A stretch of DNA of 45,083 nt. It comes from an uncultured delta proteobacterium (GTDB lineage Bacteria > Myxococcota_A > Polyangia > Polyangiales > B10-G4). The stretch lies in contig CAVSGI010000024.1 of the NCBI GenBank assembly GCA_963727445.1, positions 1 to 45,083 on the forward strand, read 5' to 3'. The notes under the pieces were generated by a model that had not been told where the DNA came from, did no database searches, and saw only the letters and a program-made list of their open reading frames with translations. Every line of letters starts with the position of its first letter. Position 1 is the stretch's first letter. Below are positions 1 through 8,894 of this stretch, piece after piece. The translations under genes and the position numbers were made by a program.

Positions 1-92
1 AGATGGGATGTAAGCGGCTGGCCGCCACTGACGTGGTAGCCGTAGCCCCACAACCGTAAACGCGGTCAAGAGCCGCAGAGTGGAGGCCAGCC

Positions 93-1123
93 GTGGAACA
101 CATTGGCATCGATGTTCACAAGAAGACAGGTCGGTCTGCATCCAGACGAGCGAGGGAGAGCTGCGGGAGCGGCGCGTGGCGACGACGCGCGATGCGCTGG
201 CGAAGGTGTTCGCGGACCGCGCCCGGGGCGAAATCCTGATGGAGGCGTTCGACGGACAGCGAGTGGGTGGCGCGGTGGCCTCGAGGAGCTGGGCCATGAG
301 GTGATCGTGGCGGACCCGAACTTCGCGCCGATGTATGCCACGCGAAGCCGCAAGGTGAAGACGGACCGGCGCGATGCGCGGGCGCTCTGCGACGCCTGCC
401 GGCTCGGCGCGTACCGCCCAGCGCACCGCGCCTCGGACGCGGCCCGTCATCGGCGAGCGCAGGTCGCGGTGCGTGATGCGCTGGTGCGCACGCGAACGAA
501 GTACATCTCGCTCACCCGAGCGCTTGTGCGGCGCGAGGGCTTGCGCCACGAAGCGGCGGAGCGGCGACCTTCGCGAGGCGCATCGAGGAGCTGTCACTGC
601 CCGCCCACCTGGCGCTCGAGGTCGCGCCGCTGCTCACGATGCTCGAGCAGCTCACCATGCCGAAATCCGCGACGCCGACAAGCGCCTCGCCGAGCTCGCC
701 AAGGGCGACAAGTTCGTCGAACGCCTGTGCACCGTGCCGAGCATCGGGCCGGTGACGGCGGTGACCTTCGTCGCCGTGGTCGACCAAATCGGTCGCTTCC
801 ACAACGCCTCACAAGTGCGCGCCTACCTCGGCCTGGTGCCCCGCGAGCTGAGCTCTGGCGAAAAACGGATGCGGGGCCACATACGAAGCCGGCAATCGCC
901 GTCTCAGGTCGCTGCTCGTCGAAGCGGCCTGGGGATCTTGCGTCACAAACGACCGGAGACGAAGGCGCTACGCGACTGGACGGAGCGCATCGCCGCACGC
1001 CGCGGCAAGCGGATCGCGGCGGTGGCGCTGGCGCGCAAGCTCGCGGGGATCTTGTACGCGATGTGGCGAGACGGGACGCGCTTCGAGGCGACAGCGAGCC
1101 GTGAGGAGGCTGCTGCAGCCTGA
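93..1123 (+). CDS. IS110 DEDD recombinase/transposase (several frameshifts in this assembly)
   Basis: GGAGG RBS then GTG-EHIGIDVHKK. Motifs ILMEA, KTDRRDARAL, VPSIGPVTA, AYLGLVPRELSSG and AVALARKLAGILYAMWRDG are spread over ORFs 80-304, 103-1104 and 374-1123. Confidence 0.9.
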
Positions 1124-1164
1124 CCCGCAACCGACGATGACCCGCTCTTCGTGAAGGGAACCGA

Positions 1165-1300
1165 TTATGGTGGTCGAGCGCGATGTGCTGGCTGGCTGCT
1201 GTCGAACGCCGATGGATAGATGGCGCCGACCACCACCGAATCCCACCCTGCGCCGCGGCCTCGATGCCGCCCCAGTCGAGCGCGAACAGAAGGCTGAACA
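1165..1300 (+). ncRNA. Putative bridge RNA/seekRNA of the IS1111 element (boundaries approximate)
   Basis: Stem TGGTGGTCG (1168-1176)/CGACCACCA (1227-1235) encloses an internal loop with target-matching segments 1184-1193 and 1215-1219. Donor-matching segments 1240-1247 and 1286-1292 flank the stem CTCGA/TCGAG. Confidence 0.7.
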
Positions 1301-1409
1301 ACCCGTCACGTATGAGCGAAACGACGAACCCGAGCCGAGGCGAAGGAGACGTGCAACGACGTAGAACGAAAATCAGACAAACCTGTTGACCGGGGTCGCC
1401 GCTCACAGA

Positions 1410-1526
1410 AGCCATCACAAACGGCCTCCCTCCCCTCCGGCCGGGCTGGGAGTCGACAAATCATACCTTCTCGGAAACTCGGGCGTCCGGTGAAGGGGTT
1501 GGCTTCCGTGGAGGCTGGAAACCGGA
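1410..1526 (-). repeat. oriIS repeat copy 1 (tip interrupted by IS1111)
   Basis: Matches 5577-5695 and 9300-9418 apart from two 1-bp deletions. Confidence 0.95.
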
Positions 1527-1705
1527 GCTGCGCGAGGCGCTCGCCGTTGACGAGAACAATGCTGTCAGACGCTGTCGCCGCGAAGTCGCGCGCCTCCCGC
1601 GAGAACTTCGACGTCGTGATGAAGACGCCCTTCGTCGCGCGTCGACCCGCGAGCGCCCCGAAGAAGCCTTGAATCGCGGGGCGCCCTACGTGGTTGTCCT
1701 CGGCG
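1525..1705 (-). pseudogene. mrr: Internal 60-codon fragment of a second mrr allele
   Basis: AEDNHVGRPAIQGFFGALAGRRATKGVFITTSKFSREARDFAATASDSIVLVNGERLAQL is 58/60 aa identical to the Mrr at 2379-3314, with many synonymous differences. Confidence 0.9.
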
Positions 1706-1783
1706 AGGGTGAAATCCGGGGGCTGGAAGCACATGGTGGCCGTCACAGGCGTCGTTGTTGAGTAGCGCTCATCGACAGCACGT

Positions 1784-2152
1784 TCATTGCTGCCCTTCTT
1801 CCTGCTCTTCTAACAGTGCTCCACGGCGCTTCTCTTCGGCCAGTGCTTCACCGCGCGCGAGTTCTGCCGCTCGGTCTGCCGCTCGGTCACGAAGCGCTTG
1901 TCGCTCCTCCTCCGTCATGGCTTGAACCGCCGCCCATGCACGCTCTGCCTCCTCCTCTGCAGTTCCCCCGCCGGCGGCCTCTGTAGCGGCCTCAGCCCGC
2001 TCCTGGGGGGTAGGCTCGGGGGGTGGGACAACCACGAGAGGCGGCTCCGCCGTGGGTTCAGTACACCCGCAGGGGACAACCAGGAAGGTGACGATGAGCC
2101 CAACGGCCACCGCGAGGCTGATGCTGTGGTTAGGCTGGGCTCGGTCTCTCAT
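1784..2152 (-). CDS. Hypothetical membrane-anchored/lipoprotein, possibly 3'-truncated
   Basis: GGGGGAG RBS before ATG 2152; hydrophobic segment, Cys, Pro-rich linker, charged helical tail. Confidence 0.5.
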   Translation of the reverse strand: MRDRAQPNHSISLAVAVGLIVTFLVVPCGCTEPTAEPPLVVVPPPEPTPQERAEAATEAAGGGTAEEEAERAWAAVQAMTEEERQALRDRAADRAAELARGEALAEEKRRGALLEEQEEGQQ

Positions 2153-2219
2153 CGCTCCCCCTGTCTTGCGCACGCTCGCCCAGTGCGGGTTCATAGCGTG
2201 GGCCGGCTCGGTTTGCTTA

Positions 2220-2302
2220 GGAACCGTCCCGTCGCGGACGGCGGCAAAGTAGCCATCCAGGTCGAACTGCTTGGGGTTACCTTGAAAAATCCAAGTGGTC
2301 AT
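2220..2302 (-). pseudogene. N-terminal fragment of an EVE-like domain protein
   Basis: RBS GAGGGGG then MTTWIFQGNPKQFDLDGYF, resembling the W-I-F-Q-x-N-P start of EVE-like proteins; similarity ends after ~27 codons. Confidence 0.5.
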
Positions 2303-2378
2303 CGTTCACCCCCTCGTGCACCGTTCGAATCGGCACATGAACCCAAGGACTTGGGCTGGACCCAATGGTTAGAGGACG

Positions 2379-3314
2379 TCACGAGTCCTCGTCGAAGTAG
2401 TCGCTGTCGATCTTCACGACATTGTAGCTCTCGGCTCTACTCACCCCGACGCTGTACTCAATCATCAGCTGGGCTAGGCGCTCCCCATTGATGAGGACGA
2501 TGCTGTCCGATGCCGTCGAGGCGAAGTCTCGGGCCTCGCGTGAGAACTTCGATGTCGTGATGAACACGCCCTTCGTCGCTCGCCGCCCGGCCAGCGCACC
2601 GAAGAAACCCTGAATCGCCGGGCGACCGACATGGTTGTCCTCGGCGTAGCGCTTTGCTTGGACGTACACCTTCTCTAGGCCGAGTCGATCAAGCGAGACG
2701 ACGCCGTCAATACCGCCGTCCCCCGAACCCCCAGTACGGACGAGCGAGTTTCTTTGGGAGCCGTATCCCATCTTGTGGAGGACATCGAGAACGAGGTCCT
2801 CGAAGAAGGCCGGGCTGGCGTTGCGAATCAGGTCCAGAAGCTCTCCGCGTATGCGCTCTTGAAGCTCAAGGTGCGCCGCTCGCAGCCGCTCTTCGGGGGT
2901 CTGCGTCGCGTCGGCCGGTTCGACGGTTTCGTCAGCAACCTGATCATCGTCCTCGCCATCGTCGGCGAGCTTCGCCTTCACGGGTCGGAACGCCATCTGC
3001 TTGACCACCTCGGCCGGGATGCCTGCCGCATGGTCTGCTGCGAATGCTCGGCCCTGATCGGTGAGTTGCCAGTATCCGCGCTTCGGTGACGTGGACAGCC
3101 CCGCTCGTTTCAGACGGTCATGCGCCCACCCAATCCGATTCTTGTAGACCGGCTGTCGACGACTCGGCAGCTCTTCAGCCTTCTGCGCCTCCGTGAGGTT
3201 CATCGCCCGTGCCATTGCCTCGTGCGCGTCCGAAGACTTCTCAGGCTCCCGTCGCGACGCCAGATGCCTGAGCAACGGCTCGATGAACTGGTCGAAGGTG
3301 GGAACGGTCGACAT
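2379..3314 (-). CDS. mrr: Mrr type IV restriction endonuclease
   Basis: N-terminal Mrr_N-like region (PTFDQFIEPLL...YKNRIGWAHDRLKRAGL...RGYWQLT) and catalytic GDGGIDG...YVQAKRY...KGVFITTS; GGAGG RBS. Confidence 0.95.
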   Translation of the reverse strand: MSTVPTFDQFIEPLLRHLASRREPEKSSDAHEAMARAMNLTEAQKAEELPSRRQPVYKNRIGWAHDRLKRAGLSTSPKRGYWQLTDQGRAFAADHAAGIPAEVVKQMAFRPVKAKLADDGEDDDQVADETVEPADATQTPEERLRAAHLELQERIRGELLDLIRNASPAFFEDLVLDVLHKMGYGSQRNSLVRTGGSGDGGIDGVVSLDRLGLEKVYVQAKRYAEDNHVGRPAIQGFFGALAGRRATKGVFITTSKFSREARDFASTASDSIVLINGERLAQLMIEYSVGVSRAESYNVVKIDSDYFDEDS

Positions 3315-3396
3315 GGGGTGCCTCCGGGATGGCGAGCATACAGCGTCTCCGCAGCAGGCAGGGTGGCATCGTGGGTGGTAATCTCGGCCAAGATCA

Positions 3397-3665
3397 TGCT
3401 TCGCCCTTGCCTCATGCTTGCCGGTCTCTGGCTGATGGGATGTAGCGGTACCGACGGGCCAGTGCCTCCGCCGCTCGGTGGAGTCGGAGCGTCCTGTGCC
3501 GAAGATGGGGACTGCCTCGCCGGACTGGAGTGCTTCGCAGGACCAGAGGGGGCGCGCGCGTGGCCCGAGGGGTACTGCAGCCGAGGTTGCGCGCGGGATG
3601 TGGACTGTCCCGGCGAGGCGCGGTGCGGCTCAGAAGTCGCCTCTGGCTCTCTCACAGATGCGTAG
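3397..3665 (+). pseudogene. Truncated Cys-rich myxobacterial lipoprotein
   Basis: Lipobox LMGC, then VGASCAEDGDCLAGLEC...WPEGYCSRGCARDVDCPGEARC; runs into the 3' end of the opposite gene at ~3630. Confidence 0.55.
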
Positions 3666-4181
3666 CTGCTCCGGCGTCACAGAAACATGCGTCCGGTTCG
3701 TGCGCATCGCATCCAAGGTACAGCCACAATAGCCCGCCGCCCCGTCGCGGGAACCCTCACTTTGTGCACATCCATCCATGTAGGAGTGGACTTTGTAACT
3801 TGTCCAGGCGCCTCGGCTATGGGGCGTTCGGCCATTCCAGGGCGCCGTGCGACGTGACGCAGACCGAGCCCACTCCGCGCACCTGTCTATGTCACGGTGC
3901 CGGGGTCCGGGATCGGGTCTTCCTGCGCGCACTGCGCGGTGGAACTCGATTCTCCAGGCGTCCATCGTGCATGAACAGACGAGCATTGCGGCGCGCCGCG
4001 GTGTGCCATTCGACTCGGCCGCTTGTGCGCACGTTTCCAACCGACTGAAGATTGCCAGTGACGACATCCTTGCCGGTTGAAAGTAGTTCGGAAGGTCTGA
4101 GCGTACGGTGCCGGCCGTGCCCATCACTCCCACACTCGCGAGCAGGATTGAGACTCCGAAGCTTCGACGGCGCATCCACAT
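3630..4181 (-). CDS. Hypothetical secreted protein with two Cys-patterned repeats
   Basis: Signal-like N-terminus; repeats CAQ...VCSCTMDAWR...RC and CAQ...YCGCTLDAMR...IC. Confidence 0.6.
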   Translation of the reverse strand: MWMRRRSFGVSILLASVGVMGTAGTVRSDLPNYFQPARMSSLAIFSRLETCAQAAESNGTPRRAAMLVCSCTMDAWRIEFHRAVRAGRPDPGPRHRDIDRCAEWARSASRRTAPWNGRTPHSRGAWTSYKVHSYMDGCAQSEGSRDGAAGYCGCTLDAMRTNRTHVSVTPEQLRICERARGDF

Positions 4182-4423
4182 ACCAGGAAGAGAGTGTACA
4201 GGTTCTTTCGTACGTCATCCTGCCTCTCCGATCAGTGACCGTCGCTGCGACTCGGTATGGATCGCGAACTAGCGAACGGTGTTTCAGTCCTCCGTCGTGT
4301 ATGAGATCGACCCATCATGGGCAGTCGCCGGAGATGAAGAGGAGTAGCCTCGGAGCAGGGCGGCTGCTTTAATCTTTCTGGGTTCTCGCCGGCGCCAACC
4401 GCGACCGCTCGTGAACGACAGGG

Positions 4424-4936
4424 CTAACTCAGGGCTCGACAGGTGAACACGCCTAGTCCCACGGAGAGGCCTGCGAACGGCAGCCCATAGAACAACGCGC
4501 GCCCCCACTTCACGCGGTCATGCCAACCAGCGGGCTTCTCCCGCGGAATGCCACAGGCCTCGTCGATGTGAATGCTCAGCTCGTAGCGGCCTTTCGAGAG
4601 ACGCTCGACGCGTTTGATTTCATCCACAGCGCCCTTCAAGAGACGGCCGTAGTAGAGCCAGTCGATGAGGCCGATGCTAGTCCACACGATGAGCAGCGCG
4701 AGGAACGCCATCGCGATCCATCCGGCCGGCAGTGACGAGCCCTCGGTTCCGGCCTTGGTCGCCCAACCCATTACCGCGGCCAACGCGGCCAGCCCGCCAA
4801 GCGACTGGGTTCGCATCTTCACGATCAGTTCGTTGAAGTGGATCGCGACATCCTCGCATTTCGCCCAATAGAGGAAGTCCCGATCGGTATCGGTGGCAGG
4901 CCACCAATCGGACTCCCTGTCCCCCAAACGTGACAT
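4424..4936 (-). CDS. Hypothetical membrane protein (about 3 TM segments)
   Basis: 3' part of ORF 4424-5128; hydrophobic stretches LGGLAALAAVMGW, WIAMAFLALLIVW, LFYGLPFAGLSVGLGVF. Start codon is a best guess. Confidence 0.6.
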   Translation of the reverse strand: MSRLGDRESDWWPATDTDRDFLYWAKCEDVAIHFNELIVKMRTQSLGGLAALAAVMGWATKAGTEGSSLPAGWIAMAFLALLIVWTSIGLIDWLYYGRLLKGAVDEIKRVERLSKGRYELSIHIDEACGIPREKPAGWHDRVKWGRALFYGLPFAGLSVGLGVFTCRALS

Positions 4937-5148
4937 GCCGTGGAAGGTAGGCTCCCGCCCAGCTTCGAGAAAGAAAGTGGCCGAATGTCCAAAGGCGAAC
5001 CCCTTTGGACGCCTACGTCGCTGAACCGAGCCCTGGTCACCCCGCAGGGGTGACCAGCGTCGACCCCCGAAAGCACGCAGTGTCCTCGACCGGTGATGGT
5101 GCAGACGACGGTTGACGATAACTTCCACGCCCCGCGAGACTGGATGTT

Positions 5149-5478
5149 GTGGATGGTCTCGTCGCGCTGATCGTATGGGGAATAGTCGGCCTCATTAGTC
5201 TCGGCATCTACTTCCTGCCAACCATTGTTGCCATGAGCAATAGCCATCAGAGTGGCGGGGGCATCTTCATCCTCAACTTGCTGCTCGGATGGTCTCTCCT
5301 CGGTTGGGTCATCGCGCTCGTCTGGTCCTTCACCAACGTGGAGCCCAGCACGACAATCATCCATCACGCGCCCCAGCAGCCGGCTCATCAGGGACAGTGC
5401 CTTTCGTGCGGAAGTTGGAACGTCGCGCGGCTACCCGACGGGACGCGCGTGTGCGGCAACTGCGGCCAACGCGGTTAG
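5149..5478 (+). CDS. Superinfection immunity protein (T4 Imm-like) with C-terminal Zn ribbon
   Basis: IYFLPTIVA...H...IFILNLLLGWSLLGWVIALVWS is the Imm_superinfect signature; CLSC...CGNC tail. Confidence 0.85.
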   Translation: MDGLVALIVWGIVGLISLGIYFLPTIVAMSNSHQSGGGIFILNLLLGWSLLGWVIALVWSFTNVEPSTTIIHHAPQQPAHQGQCLSCGSWNVARLPDGTRVCGNCGQRG

Positions 5479-5569
5479 GTGACAGAGAAGGGAACCTGTC
5501 TGTGGCCATCATTCGGTCGACACGTCGCTGCATGTCATCATCGCCGACTACACTGCTGATGGTCTTTGC

Positions 5570-5695
5570 GGCTGATAGCCATCACAAACGGCCTCCGCTC
5601 CCCTCCGGCCGGGCTGGGAGTCGACAGAATCATACCTTCTCGGAAACTCGGGCGTCCGGTGAAGGGGTTGGCTTCCGTGGAGGCTGGAAACCGGA
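5570..5695 (-). repeat. oriIS repeat copy 2 (126 bp, no transposase)
   Basis: Identical by eye to 9293-9418. Confidence 0.95.
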
Positions 5696-5971
5696 GCTTC
5701 GTCCGCGCGCGTCGCTTCGCTCGATCACGACGCGGCCGAGCGCGGGACGTGCCGGACGCCTCCTTACCGAGCCGCCACTTCCAGTAGCTCAGCGTCCGCG
5801 CGTTGATTCCCAGCTCCGCGCTGAACTCCGCGGCCGTCAGCTCGCTGTCGTTCCACCGCTCCACCCGCTTCGACCATTCTTCTCGTGACGTCCTCATCGG
5901 CGCCTCCTTTCGAGGGCCGATCGATCACACGATGGCGGTCAGGCTGCTGGACGGGTCCGTCGAACGGATAC
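5696..5971 (-). mobile_element. Truncated IS66-family left end with partial tnpA (orfA, start 5897)
   Basis: Terminal GTATCCGTTCGACGGACC resembles IS66 IRs; ORF MRTSREEWSKRVERWNDSELTAAEFSAELGINARTLSYWKWRL is TnpA-like HTH; cut at the ori repeat. Confidence 0.8.
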
Positions 5972-6264
5972 CAGCTTTGCGTCCTACCAGTGCTACTCCT
6001 GGGCGTCCGCTCTCTCGCTGAACCTGCTCGTCATCGGGCGCCAACTACCAGCGAGCTGACCTGCTCGACATCTTCGTCTTCTCACGGACCACGTCGCGGG
6101 AGTCGTCCGTCCGCAGATGCCTCCTCGCGTCTCCATTGCACGTCGGCGCGAAGAAATTCCCCGCTCGCCTGCTTCTCGCCCCGCGGCCAACGCCGTACAC
6201 TCGGCGAATGCCGATGCGATGCGAATTCACGTCCGCGAAAACCGCGTTTCCGGACGGCCTCTAG

Positions 6265-8381
6265 CTAGGAGACCGTGGAGCCCGGCTCGCTGTCGGCGCG
6301 AGACCGGCACGAGCTGCCCGCTGCGGTCCTCGGCCATGAGCAGCATGCCCTGGCTCTCGAGGCCGACCATCTTCCGCGGGGCGAGGTTGGTGACCACGAT
6401 GACCTTCTTGCCGACGAGGTCCTCGGGCGTCATGTGCTCGGCCACGCCGGCGAGGATCTGCCGCGTCTCGAAGCCGAGGTCGACCTCGCAGCGGATGAGC
6501 TTCTTCGACTTCTTCACGCGCTCGGCGACCTTCACCTGACCGACGCGCAGATCGAGCTTGGCGAAGTCGTCGTAGACGATGGTGTCCTTCACCGGGGTGT
6601 AGGGCGGCCGCCGCCGGCCGCCGCCTCGCCGCCGCCGCAGCGCGCCTCGAGCTTCGCGCGCTGGGCCTCGATCCGGCGTCCTCGATCTTGCGGACGAGGA
6701 TCTCCGGCTCGCCGAGCGCGTGCCCCGCCTCGAGCAGCGGCGCTCCCGCCTCGTCCCAGCCGAAGGTCCGCCGCTCGCCGCCCGGCGTCGCTCGAGCGCA
6801 CGCCGTCGAGCTCGCAGGATTGCGCGCATCTTCTTCGCGGTGAACGGCAGGAACGGGCTCCGCGAGGATCGACATCGCCGCGCACGAGCTGGAGGCTCAC
6901 GTGGATGCGTGTTGCCGCAGCGCTCTCGAGGTCGGTCTTCTTGCGGTCGCCCACGGCTCGCTGTCGTTGAAGTACTTGTTGCCGAGCCGGCCGAGGCTCA
7001 TCAGCTCGTTGATCGCGTCGCGCATCCGGTACTCGTCGATCAGCGCGCCGATGCGCTCCGGGAAGCGCCTTCAGTGCCTCGAGCGTCGCGCGGTCGGCCT
7101 CGCTCGGGTCCTTCAGCGTCAGGCACCGTGCCGTCGAGCTGCTTGACGCAGAACTGCACGCGTGCGGTTGAAGAAGTTGCCGACGTTGTCCGCGAGCTCG
7201 TTGTTGATGTGGGCCTGGAAGTCGCTCCAGGTGAAGTCGGCGTCCTGCGTCTCCGGCAGCGATGCGCAGGAGCGAGTAGCGCAGGTAGTCGGGCGGGAAC
7301 GCCTCGAGCGCCTCGCCGAGCCACACCGCCCAGCCGCGGCTGGTCGAGAGCTTCTCGCCCTCGAGGTTGAGGAACTCGTTGGCCGGGCACGTTCTCGGGC
7401 AGCACGTAGTCGCCGTGCTCCATCAGCATCGCGGGGAAGCTGATGGTGTGGAAGACGATGTTGTCCTTGCCGATGAAGTGGACGAGGCGGGTGTCGTCGG
7501 ACTGCCAGTAGGTCTTCCAGCGCTCGGCGTCGCCGACGCTTCTGCGCCCACTCGCGCGTCGCCGAGATGTAGCCGATCGGCGCGTCGAACCAGACGTAGA
7601 GGACCTTGCCCTCCGGATCGATGCCCGCCTTCTCCGCGACGTCCTCGGGAACGGGCACGCCCCACGGGATGTCGCGGGTCATCGCGCGGTCGCCGAGGCC
7701 GAGCGTGAACCACGACTCTGACCTGCCCGAGGACGTTCGGCTTCCAGTCCTTCTTCGTCGCGATCCACTTCTCGAGTTCGGGCTGCAGCTTGCCGAGCGG
7801 CAGATACCAGTGCGTCATATCGCGCGGCTCGGGCGTGGCGTCGCTCAGGGTGCTTCGCGGATCGATCAGCTCCGCCGGGCTCAGCGAGCGTCCCGCACTT
7901 CTCGCACTGATCGCCGTAGGCGTTCGGGTTCCCGCAGTGCGGGCACGTCCCCATCACGAAGCGGTCGGCGAGGAACATCTTCGCCTGCGGGTCGTAGAGC
8001 TGCGTCTCCGTCTTGATGACAAACGTGCCCTTCTTCGCGAGCGCCCGGAAGAACGCGCGGCTCGTCTCGCGGTGCACCGTGCTCGAGGTGCGCCCGTAGT
8101 GGTCGAAGCTCATCCCGAACGGCGGCGAAGTCCGTCTGCGCCATCGCGTGGTAGCGGTCGACGATCTCCTGCGGCGTGACGCCGTCGGCCATCGCGCGCT
8201 TCACGATGGCGGCGCCGTGCTCGTCCGAGCCGCAGATGTAGACGACGTCGTCGCCCTTCAGGCGGTGGTAGCGGACGAACACGTCGGCGGGCAGGTACGC
8301 GCCAGCCAGGTGCCCGAGGTGGATCGGCCCGTTCGCGTAGGGCAACGCGCTCGTGGCAAGGATTCGCCGGTAATCCGTCAT
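6265..8381 (-). CDS. metG: Methionyl-tRNA synthetase, full length but with many frameshifts (errors or pseudogene)
   Basis: [58 protein letters not shown]-terminal tRNA-binding domain [10 protein letters not shown]...[17 protein letters not shown]. Confidence 0.92.
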
Positions 8382-8483
8382 GGGCGGGAGAGCCTAGCTC
8401 CGTCCCTACGGATTGGCCGTCGGATCGGCGAACGCCTCGGTCCACGGCGCGCCACCGAGCCCACGCGAGCGACTGGCCAGTGA

Positions 8484-8710
8484 CGGAGGGCGCCCATACC
8501 GTTTTGGCGAGGTGTTCGAGGAAGGCGAAAGGCGGTGGCTCGCGGGCGCCGCGCTGGGCTTGATCGTGGTCGTCGCCGCGACGGTCGCCTTCGGCGCCCT
8601 GGCGGCGCCGCGCGCCCAAGTACCGTCCTGGATCGGCTTCGTGGCGACCTCGGCGCTCGTCTTGGCGGGCGCAGGCCGGGCGCTTGTCTGGGCCCATGCG
8701 GCGCTCCGAT
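8484..8710 (+). pseudogene. Fragment of a membrane-protein gene divergent from metG (start uncertain)
   Basis: Two TM-like stretches in ORF 8413-8733, then an abrupt switch to HNH sequence. Confidence 0.4.
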
Positions 8711-8716
8711 GTCGGA

Positions 8717-8890
8717 GTGCATCGCTGCGATAACCGAGTCAGCGTGAATCCCGACCACCTGCACGTCGGCACTCACCGCCAAAACATGCGCGACATGGTA
8801 CGCCGAGGACGCTCGCGAGCCGGAACGCGGCCGGCGGAAGCAATAGCACAGGTACGCCAGCGTCTCGGCGACCCCACCGAGGTGCCATGA
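8717..8890 (+). pseudogene. HNH endonuclease fragment
   Basis: VHRCDNRVSVNPDHLHVGTHRQNMRDMVRRGR matches the phage-type H-x-C-D-N...NP-x-HL...N motif; no N-terminus. Confidence 0.8.
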
Positions 8891-8894
8891 CTCT

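Larger units (their letters stand above)
1..1411 (+). mobile_element. IS110-family element, IS1111 subgroup, apparently complete, inserted in an oriIS repeat
   Basis: Sub-terminal imperfect IRs TGTAAGCGGC (9-18) / GCCGCTCACA (1398-1407). AG at both ends (1-2, 1410-1411). Transposase followed by a ~280-bp non-coding right end. TTGACC -35-like box at 1386-1391. Confidence 0.85.

Noticed and set aside
1306..1746. ORFs running through the ori repeats (1306-1746, 5538-5897 tail, 9163-9519)
   Set aside because: Read-through of non-coding repeat sequence; the shared peptides merely reflect the repeat.
4991..5015. c-di-GMP-I riboswitch (AAAGGCGAACC...GGACGC)
   Set aside because: Lacks the GNRA-capped stem and the downstream GCAAAG/P3 elements.
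2330..5482. Integron cassette array (TCTAAC after mrr; GTTAG at 4424-4428 and 5474-5478)
   Set aside because: No complete paired attC, genes lie in mixed orientation, and there is no integron integrase in the window.
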